Origin: the human T2T-CHM13v2.0 reference genome, Homo sapiens
Reading direction: 5' to 3' (one strand)
NCBI RefSeq assembly: GCF_009914755.1
Contig: NC_060947.1
DNA: 64,000 bases
Positions within the stretch are counted from its first letter, which is position 1. Each line of letters starts with the position of its first letter. Both the position numbers and the translations under genes were made by a program. The notes below the pieces were generated by a model. It ran no database searches and was not told the origin of the DNA. It was given only the letters and a program-made list of their open reading frames with translations. Positions 56,813 through 64,000 of this stretch are shown here, one piece after another.

Positions 56813-56858
56813 AAGTGGTTGAAATTGCTAATTGTATATATAGCAATTTCAACCACTT
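56813..56858. repeat. Perfect inverted repeat, 18-bp arms and 10-nt loop
   Basis: AAGTGGTTGAAATTGCTA-attgtatata-TAGCAATTTCAACCACTT. Confidence 0.95.
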
Positions 56859-57380
56859 TTAAGAGTGCAATTTGGTGGCATTAATTACATTCATACTGTG
56901 GTGCAGCCAATACCACCTTCTATTTCCAAAAACAGTTTTATCACTCTATACCCAGAGTACAGTAACTCTTCATTTTTTCCCCTCCCCTCAGCACCTGGCA
57001 CCCACCGTCCTACTTTCCGTCTCTATAAATTTGACTGCTCTAGGTACCTCATGTAAGTGAAACCAAGCAATATGTGTCCTATTGTGGTTGGCTTATTTCA
57101 TTTAGCATGTCATCAAGGCTCATTTATGTTGTAGAAGATATCTGAGCTCCCTTCCTTTTCATGGCTGAATAATATTCCACTATATGTATACAACACAATT
57201 TGTTTATCCATTCATCTTTCTATAGATATGTGGGTTTTTTCTACCTTCTAGTCATTGTGAACACTGCTGCAATGGGCATTGGCTTACAGGTATCTGAGTT
57301 TCTGTCTTTAAATCTTTTGGATTTAAATACTAAATTTTTTGGAGTGGAATTGCTACGTCACGTGGTCATTCTATGTTTAG
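56841..57380 (-). mobile_element. L1MB 3' end
   Basis: CTCTAGGTACCTCATGTAAGTG, GGCTTATTTCATTTAGCAT, ATGGCTGAATAATATTCCA. Confidence 0.88.
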
Positions 57381-57989
57381 GAGCTGGGGGTTTTATATGT
57401 GCATTTGGAGAACTAAATGTCAGAGCAACATTCAGATGTAGGAAACTGAAGCTCCAGAAGTGTAAGTAACTAGCTAATGCTGTAGAAGTAATAAAATGAA
57501 AGTTCCAGGACACAGACCACAGACAGATACTCAAGGTTGAACTTTAAGCCAATCTGCCCTACTTTCTGCAAGATTGACTAGATACTCTGTTACTTTCTCA
57601 ACAAAATTCTCTGTCTCCGATGTAAAGGACAAAAGGAGTTCTAGATTAACTTCTGAGAGGTACTAGGAGCGGACAAATTGATATAATTAGAAAGGGGGAG
57701 CAAAGGATATGAGAAACACATGCCACAGGATTTCAGTGGACTTGCCTCATTTGGAGGGGTGAAGGGAAAGTTTCAGAGAGTTCCTAGTATGTGTGACTTT
57801 GATTGTTTTTGTTTTCTTTTAAATTTTCTAAAGGGGAAATTCTTCAAAGTAAAACAGTATTTATTAATGCATTGTATTTACATTAAGGCAGCTAATAACA
57901 TTTATATTTTGAGTTGTTGATTTACTGCTAAAATAGTTCAGCATCTTGCCTATTTCTGAGAGCTGCTATTGGTTAAGTCTACAGACATT

Positions 57990-58215
57990 GACTGCAACCC
58001 TCTTGGGGTTCAAATCATGTATTCAAGGCATGCTGCTAGGGTGAGTTCAAGCCACTGACTCAACCATTTTGTTTCTCATTGTTCTCATCTGCAAAATGTG
58101 AATAATATACTAACTCCCTTACAGGACTCTTGTGAGGATTAGATGAGTAAATATGTAAAGTGTTTAGAACAATGCCTGGCTGCTGACAAGTATTATATAA
58201 GTGTTATCATTATCA
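57990..58215 (+). mobile_element. MIR SINE
   Basis: TTCTCATCTGCAAAATG..GTGAGGATTAGATGAG..TGTAAAGTGTTTAGAACAATGCCTGGC. Confidence 0.85.
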
Positions 58216-58458
58216 TTTTCATTATTATTATTATCCCATAGACACCAGCACTTGCATCCTGCCTTAATTCCAGATTTACATTCGTTTTAGCCAACCAACA
58301 CATATTTATTTTGCTGATCCTTTCGTGAGGCAACAGGCAACTTCTTGGAAACAAAATGAGGAGGTACAGGAGATCTCACTGGCTTGGGATGGCCTTAGTG
58401 ACCTGCTTCTAAAAAATTGGATATGGGCAAAGTGATGGGATATCACTTCTGACATTAG

Positions 58459-58757
<299 letters not shown>

Positions 58758-59207
58758 AATACCCATCTTTTACTGAGTATTTATCACCACACTGAACTTT
58801 GGCTGGGTTGTTAGTAGACGTTCACCCATTGACATGCATCATTTTGAATCCACACCTCCACTCCCATCTAGTCTCTAGCTCTCTTAATTCACTGTTAGAC
58901 GTTTCATCTTTCTCTCCCAATAGAATGTGCTCTCCTAAAATACATGCATTTGTTAATGATCTCTAAGCTCAGATAGAGGACAGTGCTTAAACTTACTTTA
59001 CAAATGTGTGAATAAATAAACGCATGGTTAAACTAATGCATGGCAGTGAAGGGCACCATAAAGCTATGTTTGGGGATGCATTTCGAAAACTTTGCTAGCC
59101 CCATGACTTAGTCTCAGAATAAGAGCTATTGTTTATTAAATACCCACCTTTGTGCCAAAAATGTTAGCTTCATTAGCTCTAATTCTCAGAATGGCCCAAA
59201 AAAATAA

Positions 59208-59762
<555 letters not shown>

Positions 59763-61470
59763 TAGCTCCTGCTTGGACCAACATTTTGGTGACCTTATTA
59801 ATATGGATGATGCTTTGTATGATAAAACTAAATGGCTATTTAAGTGTATAGGAATTTCAAGGTTCAAATCTATTTTCCTACTAGCAAACAGCAATGCCTC
59901 ACATCACAATAGTGACATGTAGATTAAATAGTCAGTGTTTGCATAATATTTTGTACTCATGCCACCTAATTTTTTCCCCTCTCACTGTGTTTTCAGTGGA
60001 GAGCAGAGAAACGATGAACCCTGGGAACACTGCCTGGAATCTTATTAAATTATCCATGTCCTGTTCAGTGATTTACAACCTGTGGGGCTGTGGACCTTCA
60101 GGGCACTTGTGTTCCAGTGATATTCCCAAACTTCCACCATTGTATTCTTTTCCTTTTGATGTAAAATATACGTTAGTGTTAAAGAAAGATTCCTTTAATT
60201 GATGTCCCAAGCAAAAATTACCATTGTGGCTCATTTTGTGTCTGAGACAAAATTTTGTGTCTAATTAAATTAGAAACTATTGCGCCACATAACAAATAAA
60301 GTTGTAAATTAAAATCATGAGAGCTGAAATCATTCTGTTTGTATTTTAAGATAGTTATTATAATTTCATATTCGCCTAACTTTATCACAATTCTTTGAAT
60401 TCTTTCATTTCACCTCAATTTTGTTGAATTTATCTCATATATTAGAGGCATGAGAATCATTAGGAGATAACTCACACCACAGGTATTGAGAAGTTAATAT
60501 CCTTTGATAAATTATCTTTTATTTCTTCTGAAGTTATACTCAAAGATGTGTACTATGCATCACCAGTCAATAAAGTAGGGAATATATCTTCCTCCAGGCA
60601 CACAAAACACAACATTGACCAGCTGTTGTAGTTGCATGTCAAGAAACAGCCCAGTGGTTTATGTGCCAATGTCAAAATCCAGCATGGTCTCTTTCCTCAT
60701 TTTTTGTTGTACGATGAACACATTATAGTAACATTATATATATCAGAGGCTTAAAGATTTATACAGAAAACTGAAGATCTGTTTTTATACAACATGTATC
60801 TCATAAGTGATTCCATAAAAACATATTTTTAAAAATGTTATTGATTAATCTGATCAAGCGTTTATTAAGGAAAAGTAGGACACATGATTTCTTTTTGGTT
60901 TTTTTTTTCAGTTCACAAAGTAATGAAATGATTCCCAACTATTTTCTAAAGACAATCAATGTGCATATCTTTAACATCATTGGGAACTCGTGTCTTTTAT
61001 CAAACTTGATGTATTGAAATGCATTTAAATTATCATTCTTACTGACGGTCAAAGTGTGTCATCTTTAGCCAGTGGGAGTCCATTCAAGTCAGCTGTTGTG
61101 TCCTATAAACACCATCCTATAGTTCTGGATAGTCTTGAATTCTTAGGAACCACACAGCTGATGAAGGAAATTTTCACTTTAAAGAAGAATTCCAACCAAA
61201 CAAAGAAATATGTATATAATTACGCTATCACCATTTTGCAACTCCTTATGAAGACAGATCTCATCAATGATCATTAACTTTTTAGCTTCCCCCAAAGAGA
61301 GACAAACAGGCATTATGTAGTTGCTGGTGGAAGAACTCAGCACCAATTATGAGACGGTTCTGCTGCTAAACATTAAGACTTGAATCTGATAAAAATTCTA
61401 GATGCAAGTTCCAGCTTGGAGGAACTATAGGGATGAAGAAGTACAGTGAATGTCACCACAGGGCGCCAGG

Positions 61471-62177
61471 AGTTATAGCAGGTAGTTAGGCAGACAGGAG
61501 CAGGGCAGGAGAGGGCCCCCCCCACCAGGAACAACCCCCATCATCAGATAATGATCAGATGGTTGATAACTGTCTCTCTAGAATAATAATTGGTCACAGC
61601 CAGCACCAGGGAAAGGCAGTCTTCCAATAAACAGAAACACCTGAAATGAGTGATCAGCAGCTTTCTGATAAGATCTCAGGAGTTGCATGAGTAGGCTCAA
61701 GCATGCACATTAAGACACAAAATTGTGGAGTTTAACTGGTATATGATCTCCTAGGGACACTCAACTGGTAAGGGAATAACGCCTCAAGTGAGCATGCATA
61801 CAACTCCAGGAAACACACCGCACATGCTCACGTCCCAACTGCTGGCAGGCCACTGTGCATGCGGACAGCCCACCCAAAGGAAAAAATCAAAAAAAGAAAG
61901 GACATAAGAGCATGGAAGCATGCCAACGTATACAACCCCATGTCAAAAGGTCAAACCGTGCACTTGATCTCTCAAGTCGCCTGCTTGGCCCTTTTCCAAC
62001 TGTACTTTACTTTCTTTCGTTTCTGCTCTAAAGCTTTTTAATAAACTTTCACTCCTGCTCTAGAACTTGCCTTGATCTCTCTCTCGCTCTGCCTTATGCT
62101 TCTCAATCTAATTCTTTCTTCTGAGGAGTCAAGAATTAAGGTTGCTGCAGACCCATACGGATTTGCTGTCAGTAACA
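61471..62177 (+). mobile_element. MER50 ERV1 solo LTR
   Basis: AGGTAGTTAGGCAGACA..GAGCAGGGCAGGAGAGGGCCCC..GGTTGCTGCAGACCC..GTAACA; 4-bp TSD CAGG (61467-61470 and 62178-62181); AATAAA near 62040. Confidence 0.92.
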
Positions 62178-62317
62178 CAGGGACTCAGTTTTTATTCAAC
62201 ACCAAAAAATAGGAAGACAAAAATGGGGGCATAGTAAACAAATGTGATGTGTAGACCTTGTAGGATACTGATTCAAACAAAACTTATAAGAACAAGATGA
62301 AAAAATAGGAAGTTAAT

Positions 62318-62560
62318 GGAGAAAGAGGAGGCTGGGAGAGGAAGGGAGAGAAGAAGAAAAACTACAAATATAAAGCAGAAGCAGAAACAGGAGGGAAGGG
62401 GGAGGAGGAAGACAGAAGAAGAATGAGGAGGATGAGGCAGAGGAAGAAGAGAAGAAGAAATGGGAGTAAATAAAGAAGAATAAAAAGAAGGGTGAGAAGG
62501 AGGAGGAAAAGAAGGAAAAAGAGGGGAAGGAGGAAGAGGAGGGCGTGGAGGAGAAGAACA
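62318..62560. repeat. GA-rich low-complexity tract
   Basis: Directly visible. Confidence 0.9.
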
Positions 62561-63399
62561 TTTATAGTAAATTTGAAAAATTACCTCAACGGAAGAATCT
62601 TGACCTTTTAAATCTATGTCCATCCATACTGCAATATTTCATATTTTAATTTTTGAAATATGATTGTGAGATGTGCCTCAAAGTAAACTGGGGATAATGG
62701 GTATGGGAATTGGATGTGGGGGTGGTTAGGAGATTAAAGTCTGCATAGGATACTAACTTTCAGAGATATGTGACAGTGCCTTGGAAGTTCATTTTGTATT
62801 TGTCTTTTTTCACAATGAAAAGTTCCAAAATAATGGCATCATCCCATTGGAATAGAATGCAATATTTGATTTCAGTGATAGTTGAGACATCGCATGACTC
62901 AGCTGTCTATATATGCATTATATTTCATTTCCTAGGTGTCTTGTTAGAAATTCTAAAGTTAAGACAGACATGCATGAATTGTATCAGTCATGAAGAACAC
63001 CTGGACAAAGGGAAGACCCATGGACCCTGGCATGAACTGTCAACAATGAAAGTATTACCTAACAATGAAATCACTGTCTACAGATTTGATTTTGCCAAGG
63101 AAGTGGATGAACTATAATAGTGTGCAAAACCACAAGCTCTGGGGCCAGAATGCCCGAGTTCTGATTTTGCCTCTAGGCAGCTACACAGTGTCCTCACTTC
63201 TATGAAAACTGTTTCCCCATATGCTAAAAAATAGTTGATGAAGCTTAAATGAAAAATGTATACAAATGTTCTTAGTACAGTGCTTGGCACATAACATAAT
63301 CTCAATAAATCAGTAATATTAAGAGTAACATTACGTGAATAGCCAATTATACCTCCTAATGATGTTTTGTAATTATCCTAATTATCGGAAAAAATTCTA

Positions 63400-63512
63400 T
63401 TGCATCTTCCTGAAACTGGAGTCTATGCAATTGAAGGGAAATTTCTTAATCTTTCTATACCACAGTTTTTGCATCTCTAAAAAAAGCAACTTATAATTGT
63501 ACCTACCTCAGA

Positions 63513-63543
<31 letters not shown>

Positions 63544-63630
63544 GAAGACAAAAAGCTGGCAAAGTACCTAGAACAGTCTGGCACATCCTAAGCCCGGAAT
63601 AAATTGTAACTGTGATTGGAGGAATAATAA
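63400..63630 (+). mobile_element. MIR SINE
   Basis: CTTAATCTTTCTATACCACAGTTTTTGCATCT..GTACCTACCTCAGAGG..TAGAACAGTCTGGCACAT. Confidence 0.65.
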
Positions 63631-64000
63631 TAATTACTCTTATTACTGGCCAACATCACAAAATTATCCCATGACCCAAAAAGTCATGCCTTTGTGATAT
63701 TATGAACACTTCTAACCTAAAGGCATTTTATCCTCTGCTGTGTCCTCTTCCTAACTAGCAATGTGCTAATTACTCAGGGTTAATGTGCTGATGCTTCAGG
63801 GAATGGTTGGAAAGGCACCCTAACGTGTTCCTACTTCTTAACTCCATCTCAATTTTTACATCGTTAATTCTTTGGGTAACCCACCCAACCCCCCACACCC
63901 ACACACTTTCCCACGCCTTGCACCTGCTCTGAATCAATTTTATATTTAACAATTGTCTTAAAACTGGTTCCCTAGAAACAGACTCAGCGACAGAGGGTTG

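Overview
AT-rich primate (human-like) non-coding DNA dominated by interspersed repeats: about 13 Alus (J, S and Y types), L1 fragments of many ages (including a 2.2 kb 5'-truncated L1PA3-like copy with a broken ORF2), MIR/L2, about 16 LTRs or LTR fragments (MLT1, MLT2, THE1, MER61, LTR8, LTR16, MER50) and DNA-transposon relics (MER1A, MER2, MER5A, MER20, MER53, MER58, Tigger2a, Tigger3a), plus several long purine/pyrimidine and AT-rich simple repeats. I can support no host protein-coding exon, RNA gene or CpG island; nearly all listed ORFs are repeat or low-complexity artefacts. The most notable structure is a set of local inverted duplications: a perfect 186-bp inverted copy (31159-31344 vs 32822-33007, 1.48 kb spacer), an older ~86% identical 224-bp inverted copy (38604-38827 vs 39664-39887) and a perfect 18-bp fold-back (56813-56858). 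Other oddities are a solo poly(A) insertion with a target-site duplication, a candidate short L1 3' transduction, a twin-priming inversion and deeply nested repeats. Subfamily names come from recalled consensus sequences, not a database search, and boundaries of old repeats are approximate. I found no convincing novel biological system; the findings are structural and mutational.
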